64,000 nucleotides of DNA from Felis catus (GCF_018350175.1 NC_058382.1:57166001-57230000); one strand, 5' to 3'. Shown: positions 27,000 through 40,324, numbered from the stretch's first letter. Numbers and translations: made by a program. Notes: generated by a model not told the origin, from the letters alone.

Positions 27000-29083
27000 G
27001 ATGGAAGGAGAAGCAACAGTTTTTATTGTTAAATTTTCAGTTCACAGATTATTTCAAAGGTTCTTAAGTTCCCACATTCTTCCTAAGAAATCCCATCCAG
27101 AGTGGGCCCAATTCTGATTCTCAAACGAGCTCTGGGAAAACCTATTTTATCGAAGAAGAAACCTAAGGAACATTCTTCATTCTGATCTTTCACAAGCTTT
27201 GCAGCAGCTTTCTTACAAACGTCCTGCCAAGTAGAGAATTTTACAACATCACGGACATGATTTACTTGTTCTCATCACATAACGGCGACTCAATACCTCA
27301 CCACATAACAGCTTAGATATAAACGGGGTGTTTTTACATCAAGCCGCTGCTTCTTACTCCACGTCAACGAAAAGTTCAGGTCAATGTGGCATGACAGCAA
27401 ACTCTGTTCTAGTCTTAATGACCGTATGTTAACTGCTGGGTAGGGAAAACGCCAACTGTGACGAAGGCATCCACGCTAACTCCCTCAATGTGCTCAGTGC
27501 CGTGTGATCCCGCTACGAAGTTTTCACGTGTGAAGGTCTTCCTCTTGTGTAACGAAGGCCTGGTCTGTCAGTGGAAGAGCTTCTCAACTCAATCACTGAT
27601 CTTCTGAGTCCGTGTCAGATCTGGAAATACTGAGGCAACAGCACTGGCGAAATCGTGGGTAAGACACCGAAGCGTGCTCTGGCCTGACTCATAATGGAGT
27701 ACCATCTCAGGCGAAAACAATTCCGTAGAAGTCCTGATTTCAGCCCACTTACTAGTTTCTGCATCAGCGTCACAATCACAGACCCCCAATTCTTAACTGG
27801 CACGTACCGTCACGTCCACATGGCGATCTACGGTTGCCAAAGCACTAGAGAGCGGTCCTCAGAAACGTCTGGCTTTGTAAGATCCGAGCCAAAAACATTT
27901 ATTTCACGGTAGGTTTCAGTGCCAACTCCTATCGTGGGGGGTTGTGCCTAACGATCTTCACATCAGTGAGAGCGTTCACTATAACGTGTAAACTCATTAC
28001 ACGAACCAAGAACAAGCTTCTAATACATACATCATTATCACACACATAATTTGTCCATGTTTTAACGACAATGCCATAAGTACTTGACATTTACTCCAAT
28101 GATGCCACTATAAGAGAATATTACATGGAAAAGGATATGAAAACCAGATATAAGCTCTAAAGGGCTAAACTTCAGTTATAAAATGGGGCAGAGGCTGAGA
28201 AATCACTACTTATCCACAGCAATTATAAATCAAGAGATGACGGAGGGTCAACCGTTATAGGTCCAAATCTAGTAATGAATTAATTCCACAGATTAAAAAA
28301 AAAAAAAAAGCAACAACAGGATGTATGATATTATACACGGCAAACCTACAGCACAAAATTGGGTGGGCTTATTTAGTATGAAGAGGAGTAATCTAGAATT
28401 ATAATACCCCATGAGGTTCCACGTTAGGCCATCTTAACAAGACGTATTTTCCAAAGTAACTTAACCATAAATAAAGTTGTCTGGATGTACACAACACACA
28501 TACGCCCATGGCCTCTAGTGAAATGCCGCCTGAAGTGTAGCATTTTCACACACAAACAGAGCTATACAATATGATACAGGGTTCTACTGCTAATTACACC
28601 AGCAATCTTACAAAATCACACCTTTCAAGAGTCTTTCCTGATGAACATTTGAAAATCAATACTATAGTTCATCTACTGAAATAGATAATTTCCCTTAAAA
28701 AAGAAAAAAACATTCGAAACGACAAGAGCTGACAAGTCGTATTATATTTCACTATCGAGATTGCTGCAGCTCACAGAACAACGTAAATCGCATGGCTTTT
28801 GGACAGCTTAGAGGGAAAAAAAAAAAGCATCAAAATTTAGGTTCCCCCAACCAGTTCTCGTGCCTCAGTCGTTGTTTACTTCTGTACCATCCGTGTGATG
28901 TGGCCCTTGAGGTTTCTCCACAGCATTCTCTGAAAGTATTACGTACGCTTTGCAGACGATGAGTCAACAGTATGCTAAATACTCAGTAATAAAAGAAAAC
29001 ACAGAAGGTAAATGTGTTCTTCCAAACGTCAGAATACTGCAGGCTCCCGCGAGCTGGCAAAAGTTCCCAACCTTCACGCGGCT
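27000..29083 (-). other. HSDL1: HSDL1 3' UTR (end approximate); candidate AATAAA signals at 27903-27898 and 27027-27022
   Basis: AT-rich, SINE-free stretch after the stop codon; TTTATT hexamers on the + strand. The actual cleavage site cannot be determined. Confidence 0.55.
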
Positions 29084-29182
29084 TCACGCTTTGCAGGATA
29101 AGGCCTCCTTACGCAAAGAGCGATTGAGAACATTTGCTCCCCACACCCAGAGCCATTCAGGCATATACTGTGCAAAAAGGAA
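29084..29182 (-). CDS. HSDL1: HSDL1 last coding exon (99 bp including TGA)
   Basis: ttttag| then [32 protein letters not shown]; total CDS 220+446+228+99 = 993 nt = 330 aa plus stop. Confidence 0.95.
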   Translation of the reverse strand, partial: FLFAQYMPEWLWVWGANVLNRSLRKEALSCKA

Positions 29183-29719
29183 CTAAAAATAAAAGAGAAA
29201 AAGGTGAGAAGGTTAGAATGCAAAGCACAGACACTTCAATGTCAGTATGTGACTTAATGCAACAAATACCACCAATCAAATTAAATACGAAAAAAAGAAA
29301 AAGCCCTTAGGTGCTCTCGTACCAAACGCCTAGTTTTGTATACGAACCTGTGCTAGACTCCATGGGAATGCAAGTACACTCACCACCCACCAACCCCCCC
29401 ACCCCCGCCAATGAGGCTGGACAGACGTACATGCAGGAAGGAGTACGAGCCCATCTTTACCTAACGCGAGATGAATAGGGTGGTCATTTGGTTGAGAAGG
29501 ACAAGACCACTCCGGGAACGAAAGGCAGTTGAAACGGATAAATGCATCGGTGACTAGTACTGTGTGGGAAAAGGTTTGAGGGGCAGGATGGGGCGAAATG
29601 CAACAAGAGAACTGAGTCAAAAACACCGGGACCGTGGGACAGACCTGAGCTGTGAGGACGACGGCCTGGGCACTCCGGGGGAGAATCCTACCGATGCCGC
29701 TCTGGCCCGGGGACTCCCA

Positions 29720-29905
29720 CCACTGCCATTTTGCCACCCAAGGGGATACAACGCGATGTCCAGGCAACATTCCTGGTTGTCACAACTGGGGTGCCGGTGC
29801 TACTGGCATCCAGTGGGTAGAGGCCGGGGTGCCCAGGACAGCCCCACAACAAGGGATTATCCAACGCCGAATGCCACCCGTGCCAAGGTAGACAAAAACC
29901 CCGCG
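29720..29905 (+). mobile_element. MER20 (hAT-Charlie) DNA transposon relic
   Basis: ggttgtcacaactgggg...tgctactggcatccagtgggtagaggcc...ggacagccccacaacaa is diagnostic of MER20. Confidence 0.8.
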
Positions 29906-30537
29906 CTACGCTGACAAGTTTGTCCAGGACTGCGCTGAGTGGAAGTTCTACTAGTACGGTAGGGAAGGAGATGAATGGGAGGCCTGGCTGGCTCGACTGG
30001 TAGAGCATAGGACACTCGGCCCCTGAAGAAGGGAAAAGAAAAGGAAAAGGAAGACAGAGAGAGGAGCAGACGGCTGGCAAGTGCTAAAATTCTAGCCTTG
30101 AACAGAACTAAAATAACAGAGGTCACCCCAGACCCGGGGCACCTGTACAACTGTGGGGAGGCCACAATGAACAGGAGGGGGGCCCAGTATCATGACCTGT
30201 GGGATGACAGTCGTGGAGCCACGGATGTCCACTGCAGGTTCCAGAGAAGCACCAGCCCACCGCCTCACAGACAGGAGCCCAGTATCCGGCCAGGAGCCAC
30301 GGGAAACTTTCTGGGGACGCAACTAAGGTCTCTCTGGACCTCTCTGCAAAGCAGGATTTTGTGGGGGAAATACCTGGATCCTCCTCCCAGGAGCTGCTGC
30401 TCTAAAGCAAAAGGTTCTAAATCCAAGGAGATCCAGGAAGTCAGCTCCAGGAAGTCCAAGAGGACACCGGGAGTAGGGACGCACTCAAACACACAGGAGC
30501 CTGGGCAAACTCCAGAAGTGGAGCCCCTCTTCCAAGT

Positions 30538-31022
30538 ACAGCAGTGCCCCTGCCATCCCGGGTCTGCTTTCCATGGTTTCAGTTATCCACGGTCAAGGTC
30601 AAGGTCAAGTGTGGTCCAGAAGCAGACGATCTCCTGACTTTTCACCCTGTTAACAGCAGCCTAATGCTACATCACTCACCTCACTCCCTCTCATCACAGA
30701 GGCACACAACAACAACAAGAAGGCTGCGAACCGAACAGCAAGGTATTTTCGGAGAGACCGCATTCGTACGTCATCACGAGAAGGGCGAGTGCAGGACAGT
30801 AAGGTATTTTGAGAGACAGAGAGAGACACCAGGGTCACGTAACTTTTATTACAGTGTTGTTATAACTGTTCTATTTCATCACTATTGTTGTGAATCTCTT
30901 ACTGTGCCTAATTTATCAATTAAATTTTATCGTAAGTACGGACATACAGGAAAAGACATGGTCTCTACAGGGCTCGGCACCATCTCTGGCTTCAGGCCCC
31001 CTCTGGTAAGGGTGGACTACGA
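30538..31022 (+). mobile_element. MER44/Tigger7-family DNA transposon relic
   Basis: ctttccatggtttcagttatccacggtcaa...acttttattacag...ttgtgaatctcttactgtgcctaattt...ggcttcaggc...ggactac. Confidence 0.75.
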
Positions 31023-31079
31023 TGCGTTTTTGCAGTATGTATCCAGTGAAGGAGGGATGAACACCTAAGAATCTTCGGG

Positions 31080-31298
31080 TTTTTTTTTTCAACGTTTTTT
31101 TATTTTTATTTTTGGGACAGAGAGAGACAGAGCATGAACGGGGGAGGGACAGAGAGAGAGGGAGACACAGAATCGGAAACAGTCTCCAGGCTCCAAGCCA
31201 TCAGCCCAGAGCCCGACGCGGGGCTCGAACTCACGGACCGCGAGATCGTGACCTGGCTGAAGTCGGACGCTTAACCGACTGCACCACCCAGGCGCCCC
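31080..31298 (-). mobile_element. Young CAN-SINE with TSD aagaatcttcg
   Basis: SINEC_Fc-like; direct repeats at 31067-31077 and 31299-31309. Confidence 0.93.
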
Positions 31299-33689
31299 AA
31301 GAATCTTCGTTTTTAATTTCCACCCCTGACCACTGTCTACCGCAAGGGGACCAGCATCGGGGTGCACTGTGCCACCGTCCTGACGTGCTGCATGTGGAGA
31401 CGTCACCGGCACGCCATCTCCAACTTATCCGAGCAGGGTCCTAGCACCCTGGGAAGCAGCGTGGAAAGAGCTTGGTGGAAAGAGCTACTGGAAGAGGAAA
31501 GAACTTCATCCCCTGTGTACTGACAGATTAGAAACTAAAGGGGCGACCCACCTGCTTGTTTACAAGGGGAGTGAGTGTGAGTGTGTCTGGGGGGGCGGGG
31601 AAGGAGGGAAGGGAGGGTTGGGTCTCGGGCTCTGGAAGGCTCTGTGCATGTTCAGACCCTGACCCACTGTCTAGGTCAAGGAAAGGAGCTGCTTTTCTCC
31701 TGGGACAAAAGCCAACAGTAACCGATCCGGACGCAGTGTAGTCCCCGCAGGGACTGCTGTTCAGTAAGACGTGGGGACCCGGAGCCGGAGGAGAAACTCA
31801 ATAGCAAATGGGCGTGTTCAGCTGGTTGGAAATCCGCATCAGCAATGAAAACGCCGATGCCGTGTTCCTCAGAGACCGGCGCCGGTGGGGCCTGGGTAAG
31901 AACTGGGAAGAGCCAAGGTGGAAAAGGGCCCAAAGAACCTGGGCTGGATCCTCGCGCCAGAGTTATTCCAAAGGAAGAAACACAGCAGCACCGAAGCCGT
32001 GCGGTGCGCAGTCCCCTTCCCGGCCGGCAACCGGCACGGGAACTTGGGCTGGGCAAGGGGGGCCGCGACCTCTGACACGGCTGCCGGCCTGCCTCCCCTG
32101 GCCCCTCACCACATCTCGAGACGCAATTCCAGGGCCTCCTCACCGCCCCCCAGCTCCCCTCTCCTCTAAACGCCACGTCTTCTTTTTCCAATAGCCACAG
32201 ACGCACGGCACGCGTGAACAAATACACCCACCGTGGGGAGAAATTCCGAGCAGAGAGAGCCCAGATGCCCCACCCCGCCTGCCGGTCCCCGTGGCTCGGT
32301 CAGCGGACCACCAGGAGCACAGCCCCCGAGCCCCTAAGCAAGACCCTTTCTGGTCAACTTGTCGACTTAATGGCTTTTCCAGCCTAACACATACCAGAGT
32401 GTCTCTGGCCTTCACGTCAAGACCCACAGACAGAAAGCTATCAGCTCTTCCGTCGGCCTCGCTCTGTGCTCCGAAGCGGACGATACCGCCTGGTGCCGCT
32501 TCTGCAATGAGAAGTGCTCCCAAATCAACGCTGAACACTAGTGAGCAATTAAAGGAAAGGCACCGGACTCCTTTCTAGCTGTTTTAAGTCCAAATCGTTT
32601 TTTTTCTATTTTTTTGCTCACAAATCATTAAGACAACCAGTGTAACGCAGGGAAGAGGCAATCGTTCAACTCCATGGACGGCAAGAACGCAGAAAAGGTG
32701 CGGCCACGAGTGAACACGGCTCCCGTGTCGGACGGTGTTCTGCGGACACCCGCAAGGACTGGGGCCCAGGGAAGGAGTGAGGACACCTCCCCCCACCGCT
32801 GCCGACCTCTGTGCAAGCGCATCAGAAAGAGCCTTTTTTATACACTTAGCAGCCATCGCTGAATACACTGCATTCTCAGTAAAGGGTGGTGAAATGACTC
32901 CAGAGGCTGTCCAGGGAGCGGGTCCCACAACGGTCACTCACCCGCACGCAGCACCCCCCCCACCCCACCCCCATACCTCCTCACTCTCCGAGTCCCTCAC
33001 AGGAGTCACCAGACAGCAGCCCCTCCTCGCCTCCACGGCCTCCTCGCCTTCCTCACTGTCCCCAGGCCCAGGTCACCTCCCCTCCACTGCGCTCTCGGTC
33101 CTGCCCTCGCTTCCGGCACCACGCCTTCTCTCCCATCCGTAGGCCACTCTTCTCCACACAGCCCTTCCCCCCAGCACTCACGAACAGCCACATCTCTGCT
33201 GCCATAAACGGACGACAAATACACCTCCCTCTTCGGGCCCAATCCACCTGCCGCCGCATCTGTGGCCCGTGCGTTTTCCGTGTCCCTCCCCGCCGCTCAC
33301 GGCAACCCACGGCTCTCAGAAAGATCCCGAAACTGCCTTCATCGACGTCATCAAGGATCTCCAAGATTCTAAACCCAACACGGTATATCTACTCTTGCTC
33401 CATTCGAAATGTGGAAAACTAACCGAGACAAACAGCACAGGTAACGTTTCATACGGTTGGTACGTGGGGCACATCAAACTTCACCCAGTCAATTCCTCAG
33501 GCACTAAAAATTGACAGAGGAAGGAAATCTTAACAAAATTTGATCTTTGCGGCCCGAGAAAACCGTATTCGGAAGAGATGATGATTAGAAAGAAAAATCA
33601 CAGCGTCTAAAGCTATCCAAGAATCCGACTATGGACAAAACAGTGATTAACGGTCAAATCTTTGTTGTAAAATTGAAAACAAAAAAAGT

Positions 33690-33900
33690 GGGGCACCTGG
33701 GTGGCTTAGCTGGATAAGTGTCCGACTCCTGATTTTGGCTCAGGTCATGATCTCTCTGTCATGAGACTGAGCCCCACGTCGGGCTTCGCACTGAGCATGG
33801 AGTCTGCTTAAGATTCCCTCTACCCCTGCCCCTCCCTGCTCACGTTTGCAGGCTCACTCGTGCTCTCCCTTTCTCTCAAAAAAAAATAAAAGAATTTTAA
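33690..33900 (+). mobile_element. CAN-SINE
   Basis: ggggcacctgggtggcttagctgg head, A tail. Confidence 0.88.
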
Positions 33901-34092
33901 AAAGAAGAAAAAAGTGATAATGCTGACAATAATTTGAGTAAAATAGAAACAAAAACAGACAAACATGTAAAGTTTTAACAGCTCTGTACAAAAAGCTACT
34001 CTAGGAATTAACAGATTTTCTGGGCAGAGAAATATACATTCTCAAGAAGAGTTCATCAACGTGAACTAATTATCATTAAAATGTGGGTGTTT

Positions 34093-34311
34093 TGGGGCGC
34101 CTGGGTGGCGCAGTCGGTTAAGCGTCCGACTTCAGCCAGGGCACGATCTTGCGGTCCGTGAGTTCGAGCCCTGCGTCGGGCTCTGGGCTGATGGCTCAGA
34201 GCCTGGAGCCTGTTTCCGATTCTGTGTCTCCCTCTCTCTCTGCCCCTCCCCCGTTCATGCTCTGTCTCTCTCTGTCCCAAAAATAAATAAACGTTGAAAA
34301 AAAAAAAAAAT
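34093..34311 (+). mobile_element. Young CAN-SINE with TSD ttaaaatgtgggtgttt
   Basis: Direct repeats at 34076-34092 and 34312-34328. Confidence 0.93.
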
Positions 34312-35277
34312 TTAAAATGTGGGTGTTTTATAAATGCAGCCAAAACATCTGCCACGGCTAAGCCCCATCCCGTCCTTGATAGGTCTTCATTTTTCACAGA
34401 ACTTCAACGTTCGCTGGCCTCGAAAACTACTGTTTTGCCTTTCTCTGCTTTTCTCCAGGAATGAAGGGCCTGGAAACAACCACGTAAGTAAAACTCCTTT
34501 TTATTCAAGAAACTTTTCGCCAAATCTTTCGATAAAAGTAAAAATTGTTGATTTACTTACCTAAGAATTTGGTGATGACAAATTTAACGGTCTTTACGCA
34601 CAAACGGTCTCAAAAACATTTGCTTGGCAACCAAGAAACTACATATCAAAGAGCAACCATTCTAAACTAGGGCGCGCCTACCAATTCCGCCACAATCTGC
34701 TCTAACAAATCACGAGCTCTCTACCGAATACTTGGAACCAAATTTTCAAATATCCAAGTTACTCCTTCAACTACCAAAGACCCACACCTCTGTCACGCCT
34801 GAACAGGAAACTCAACGGTAGAGTCTATGCTTCTTGAACAAATGAGTTCCAGAATACGCTGGGGGCATTAGCTGGCTCGATGGTTATGTGAGATACAGAC
34901 CGACCTGGGTTTCGCGTTCGTGGGTTACACTGCTGATTTAGAGGCACCCTCTCAATCATTACTAGAATCTGTTTGACTTTGAAATCCCCACGTAAATACT
35001 TAGTATTTTTACACTGCTACCATCTCCCTATATGAAAGCAGCGTATCTCATCTCTTAGGGATCACACAGATGAAACTATTCGATGTTCTTGATGAAATAA
35101 TAACTTCACAAAGGGGAATTTAGTGACTTAACCAGAACCACTAAGAGTGTCAGGTTTAAGAATCAGAATTTGCAATTCTCACGTTTCCGCGGTAGGCCTC
35201 AATCAGATTGCCATGTATCATCTAAAAAGGTTCAGGATGCATTAACCTAATTACAAGAGCCGAGCGCATACTGTTAC

Positions 35278-35505
35278 CTGGATAGAATGGGACCAGTATC
35301 CTGTGGTCCTTTTCGAAATGCCCAGGGTAGAAACAGCATGGTGTGCGTATACTTTGGGCGAAGGCACCAACCATGGGCACTTGTGCAGAAAGCTGCCGGG
35401 TGCGGTCATGTTGGTAGCCACGTAGAACGGGATTAGACTCTGTACGAAGATTCCTTTAGAAGCATACTCGTACTGCAGTGCTCTGCTGAAGTGGTCTAAA
35501 TAAGC
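35278..35505 (-). CDS. HSDL1: HSDL1 third coding exon (228 bp)
   Basis: Encodes [76 protein letters not shown]; taacag| acceptor, CAG|gtaaca donor. Confidence 0.96.
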
Positions 35506-35711
35506 CTGTTAAAACGGAGCAGGGGTCAAGACTTCATTCGGGGGGAAGGTGGAAGAAAATTCGGGAGAGGAAAAAGGCTTGCTTATTACCATTTCAGGAA
35601 AAAAATACAGTCAATGCGAGCTGCCGACAAAGAGCTCAGCAAACCGGACCAAACCACGTAATAAAGGTCCTATTGCCTTCTGATGCCATTTTCCAATCGG
35701 GAAGACATTAC

Positions 35712-36157
35712 CTTGGAAGCAGAAAAGGCAGCCAGCTGGGGAGTCGGCTTGCAGCAGGAGCCAGAAGAGATGGTGACAACAGCGCCCTTCTTTCTCTCCA
35801 CCATTCCCGGTAACACTATGTGGACCATCAAACTGGCCGCGGCAATGTTTACATTTATGATATCCCAGAGTTTGTCCTCGGAGACCTGAGTAAAATACTG
35901 GGGGTAGGGATAAAACACGCCCACGTTATTCACCAAGATGCCGATGTCTCGGTCTTTCAAGGCTTCTCGAATCGGGTCGTAGATCTCCCGGCCGCTGCTG
36001 AAGTCCGCCACTATGATATCGGTCTCCACATTGTAGGTGTCAGCGATGTCCTTAGCCAGCATCTGCAACTTGTCTTGGTTGCGACTAATCAGGATGATGT
36101 TGAGACCACGGCTTGCTAGCTCTTCTGCATAGGCTCTCCCGATCCCGTCCGTGGCAC
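35712..36157 (-). CDS. HSDL1: HSDL1 second coding exon (446 bp), SDR Rossmann fold
   Basis: GATDGIG nucleotide-binding motif, ILVNNVG, ends LAAFSASK; ttgcag| acceptor, AAG|gtaatg donor. Confidence 0.97.
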
Positions 36158-36701
36158 CTGCAACCCAAGTCACAGCACGTGAGCACGATCGTCTCGGGTG
36201 CAACCTTCACAGGGAACCTTAAATACCCCATTTCCGGGGTTAAGCAGAGAAGGGTTCACACTGGAAATAAACCCCAGAAGGGCGATTTCACGTCCGCCAA
36301 GCTGACTGTGAAACACGGCAGAGAATGGTTTTCAAGCTTATATCTGGCTTGAACGAGTGCTGGGAGGTACTTTCCTGGGAAACTGATAAATGAAAATGAA
36401 ATTTAACTTAAGGGAAGCATTTCTGAAAGTGGTGACAGTTTCGAAGGACAATTTCAGAACAGAGCCAAAGGAAAAGCAAGAGGTAGGAAGGTGAGCAGGA
36501 CTGGGCGCAGGAGAGCAGGAGAGGCAGACGTCACAGGACAATCCTTCCGTGAGGAGGGCAGTAAGAAAATGTGAACGTGACCGCAACGGAACTATGTTCC
36601 CGTGAAAACTTCCCACAGAATTCAGTAACTCCTCGAGCAAGGCATCCGACTTAAAACACAAACAGAAAAGCTTATACTGTTACCATTAGAACGTTTCTTA
36701 C

Positions 36702-36921
36702 CACTCACGACTGCCCATCTTCCATACTGCTTGATCAGGTCTGCTCTGCTCACCAGGCGTGGGATGAAATGCAGTCTGATCAGGCTGTAAAAGTCACAGA
36801 CGACGGTGATGCTTTTTCGGGCTGTATACCAGGCTCCAACCAAGGCCAGAGCTTCCATGTAGCAATTGCAGGACCTGGCGATCTCCCGATACAAGAGGTA
36901 GAAGCTGTCAACGGCAGCCAT
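36702..36921 (-). CDS. HSDL1: HSDL1 first coding exon (220 bp coding; exon starts at 36927)
   Basis: cgcag|GCTGCCATGG strong Kozak; [37 protein letters not shown]...YGRWAVVS; donor G|gtaaga. Confidence 0.97.
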
Positions 36922-37574
36922 GGCAGCCTGCGGGGGAGGGGGGGAGGGGGGAGGGGGGAGGGGAGGGAGAGAGGCGTGCTTTGCTTAGTTAAGTTAAAGG
37001 AACACACGGAGTCTGAATGAAGACAGACATCTAAGGACGTCAGAGCCTGACAATTATGCATTCAACTAACAGTAATGTCTCAAACGCACGTAACCCATGG
37101 ATCCAATCCATTTATAATCTCATTAACATCTGCAGCTCATAAAGTCCTTTTCTTCTAAAGAGATTGGTCAACATAACTACCAAGAGCTATCAAATTCCTA
37201 CAAAAATTCAGGCACTGTGCTACATGTTGTGGATACAGAGATAAACACAATATGTTCTGCGCCCTAAAAAAGCTCCTCGCCCAGCACAGTGACAGACAGA
37301 CTTTTAAATTCATGTAACAGCTGAGAGGTGTGTTTACTTCCCTGCTTTCTTCAAATCGAGCCAGTGCAGAGGCCCACCACCCACGCCGAGACAGAGTAGA
37401 AGAAACAGAGGCAGTATTAAGACACTGCCTTGGCCAAAAAGAGCTTACAATCCATTTGAGACAAAATTGAGCTGTAATACACGTTCACATAAATGATATT
37501 GTGAATATACAAAACATATATTTTTATCAAACAGGTGCTCCCCACACCCGAGGAACTGGTTTTCTTTTTTGTTT

Positions 37575-37763
37575 TTTAGATTTCTTTTTTAACATTTATT
37601 TTTGAGAGACAGAGGAACAGAGCACGAGTGGGAGAGGGGCAGAGAGAGAAAGGGAAACACAGAATCCAAAGCACAGCTGTCAGCACAGAACCCGACGTGG
37701 GGCTTGAGGTCACGACATGAGCCGAAGTCGGACGCTTAACCAACTGAGCCACCCAGGCGCCCC
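37575..37763 (-). mobile_element. CAN-SINE
   Basis: Reverse SINE ending gagccacccaggcgcccc. Confidence 0.88.
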
Positions 37764-38029
37764 AGAACTGGCTTTCTTAAGTGACAACAGAGCAGGACGC
37801 CTCTGTCTTACTGAGGTCACCGGGGCACCAATACCTTTGCCCTGCTCCCTACGGCCGAACAAAGAGTCCAACACAACTCGCTCTTGTAAGTACCCACGCA
37901 GCAGGCATTTACAAAGCCCTTACTATGTTCCAGGTACCATGACACACGCTACGGATTCACAGAGGAGTTCATTAATTGTACCCAAGAAAAGAGAAGGCCA
38001 TTTAACAAAACAATTCTTTCGTTCTTTCT

Positions 38030-38250
38030 TTCTTTAATTTTTTTAATGTTTCCTTTTGAGAGAGAGAGAGACAGAGCATGAGTGAGGAAGGGGCGGAGAG
38101 GGAGACACAGAATCCGCAGCAGGCTCCAGCCTCCGAGCTGTCAGCACAGAGCCAGACGTGGGGCTCAAACTCACGAACTGTGAGATCGTGGCCTGAGCTG
38201 AAGTCAGAGCTCTGAGCTCTGTCAGGGTGACAGCGCTACCCAGGCGCCCC
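38030..38250 (-). mobile_element. CAN-SINE
   Basis: Reverse SINE ending gctacccaggcgcccc. Confidence 0.88.
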
Positions 38251-40249
38251 TAAAGAATAATTCTAAATGCCATATGAACTGGTCTGTGTGTGCCCGTGAT
38301 GAGAAATGACCCTGCCGAGACAGACAAAAGTCAGGCACTACCAAGGCTGATGAACTTGGTCCTAGACCAGGCTTGGGGACCGCTGACGCCAGATCCAACC
38401 GTGTGCTGTCTGCAACGGACAAGATATCAAAGAGATCACAAGAGACTGCAACTAAATTAACAGGAACTCATACGCACAAACACAAGGACATAGCATTTAT
38501 TACATAAAAGACAAATGACTTTAATCCAAAATTTACTGAACATTTCTGGGAATGGGCCCTCTTTAGAAGTCCCATTAAAATAGGAAAAAAAAAAAGATTC
38601 CTGAAACTAAGAAAATCCCCCCAAAAAAGCATCAAAAATAGGCATAAGCTTAAGGAGGAACGAGCGAATTCCCTCCCACTCCACTGCAATGTAATTTGAG
38701 CTCAATCAAGTTCTGCAGAGTGAAAACGAGCTACGCAGGAGAAAACCAATTAGCCACGGCACCAGCACACATTATAGGAGTGACAGCATACTGTGGTAAG
38801 AGGCACACAGAATAACAGAAAGCCTGCTGAATATAGATAGGTATGTGTTGAATCCATATGAACTGATACAGATGTGAATGTGTAATCAGAACTACAAACC
38901 AACAAAGTCACAAAGAAATAGGAGAGAAAACTGAGGAGATGATTGGGCAGTGGGGTTCCCAAATGCCCCACCACACGGACGGTCTCTCAAGCAGTGAGCC
39001 GTGCACAGCCACCAGATCACTAATGAAGCTGCTCTGGCCTTAAAGGAATGTTTTCCCCAAATAACACAGAAAATGCTGAAGTTGGCCCATCTCATCTCCT
39101 ACTGGTAAAGCCATATACCGGAGTTCTGTTCACAGAAACGTATCTCCTTCGACAAGAATGCCAAAATCGACCGTGAAGAGGAAACACTGTAAATTTCATT
39201 AACTACGCAAACCAAATACTTCATAACGTGAGAACAACTAAACGCTCCTTTGGAGTAACTTTTCTTCGTCAACTACCCGGGCTGAGATTTCCTAATATGA
39301 AGTATCGAGAGCAACAAAGTTTGGCCGCAAGAGGTCCCTCCTGTCGCGATCAATCTGCCACACAGAAGGCCATAAGCCTCTGGAGTGACTTCCAAATCCT
39401 CCGAAATGCGTTCAGCGTCGGGACTGTCGGTCCCAAGTATGTCCACTCTTCCCCCGCTGCCCACGAATGCCCCTCCGAGGTTCCAGACGCTAGAGCCGAG
39501 GGAGTGTCGTGTCACTCTCTCCCAGGGTCCCTGCTCAGCATCTCACTACACAGCACAGTCCCTGCTGAGGCAGGTGGCTGACGGGACACGCCCCTGACCT
39601 GATGTGCTACCAAGGTGCTCACGATGGCCGAGACCGCTCAAGAGTGCACGATTCTAACCAAGCGACCCAACCAGTCATTTCTTCCAAGAACGTAAAGACG
39701 AGATACCACGTTACACCGTCATCTGTGGAAGTTCCTGGCATAATTTTTTACCAGTGTACAAGTGCCTTCTTTCCTAACTAACCAAATGCTAACCCACGAG
39801 GAAAACAAACGCAAAAAATAAGACTTGTATATACTACTACTTTTCCATCAAAATGCAAAATTAGGGATAACAAAACTACAACAAAAAAATCCAGATTCTT
39901 AGAATATTACATCTCTCCTCCCAATATAGGTGGGTGTATATGTAAGATACTAAAACAATGTGAAAATTTAAATCTTATGGTTCAAGATCTAGGGGGTTAT
40001 CACCAAAGCAATGGTTGGGTGGAACTAACTGCACGGAGGGCACGTAGGAGGTTCCAGCTAGAGAGAAGGGCAAGTGTGACTCATCGAATGGCCTCGTACT
40101 AATGGGAAACCGTGTAAAGGGGACGTCCTCCTGCCTCAAACTCAGACACAATTTCTTCCAAGAATTTGAACACTTGTGAAGAAAAGCCCTAGCTACAGGT
40201 GTCTGACCACAAAGGAGACTCACAACTTTCTGCCGAGGCCATTACCTAC

Positions 40250-40324
40250 CTTGGTGTCCTCTCACCTCCCAGCTGCCAGCTCTGGCTCTTCAGGAATATT
40301 CCGCTCTGCCCCCTTAAGGCCGAC
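40250..40324 (-). other. HSDL1: Probable HSDL1 non-coding exon 2
   Basis: Acceptor gtttttgttcacag| at 40326-40325; donor AAG|gtaggt at 40249-40248, alternative GAG|gtgaga after 40266. Inferred from splice signals and recalled human structure only. Confidence 0.5.

Noticed and set aside
35670..36203. 177-aa SDR ORF as a stand-alone gene or retrocopy
   Set aside because: It is an internal HSDL1 exon read through its intron flanks; splice sites and phases join it to the neighbouring exons.
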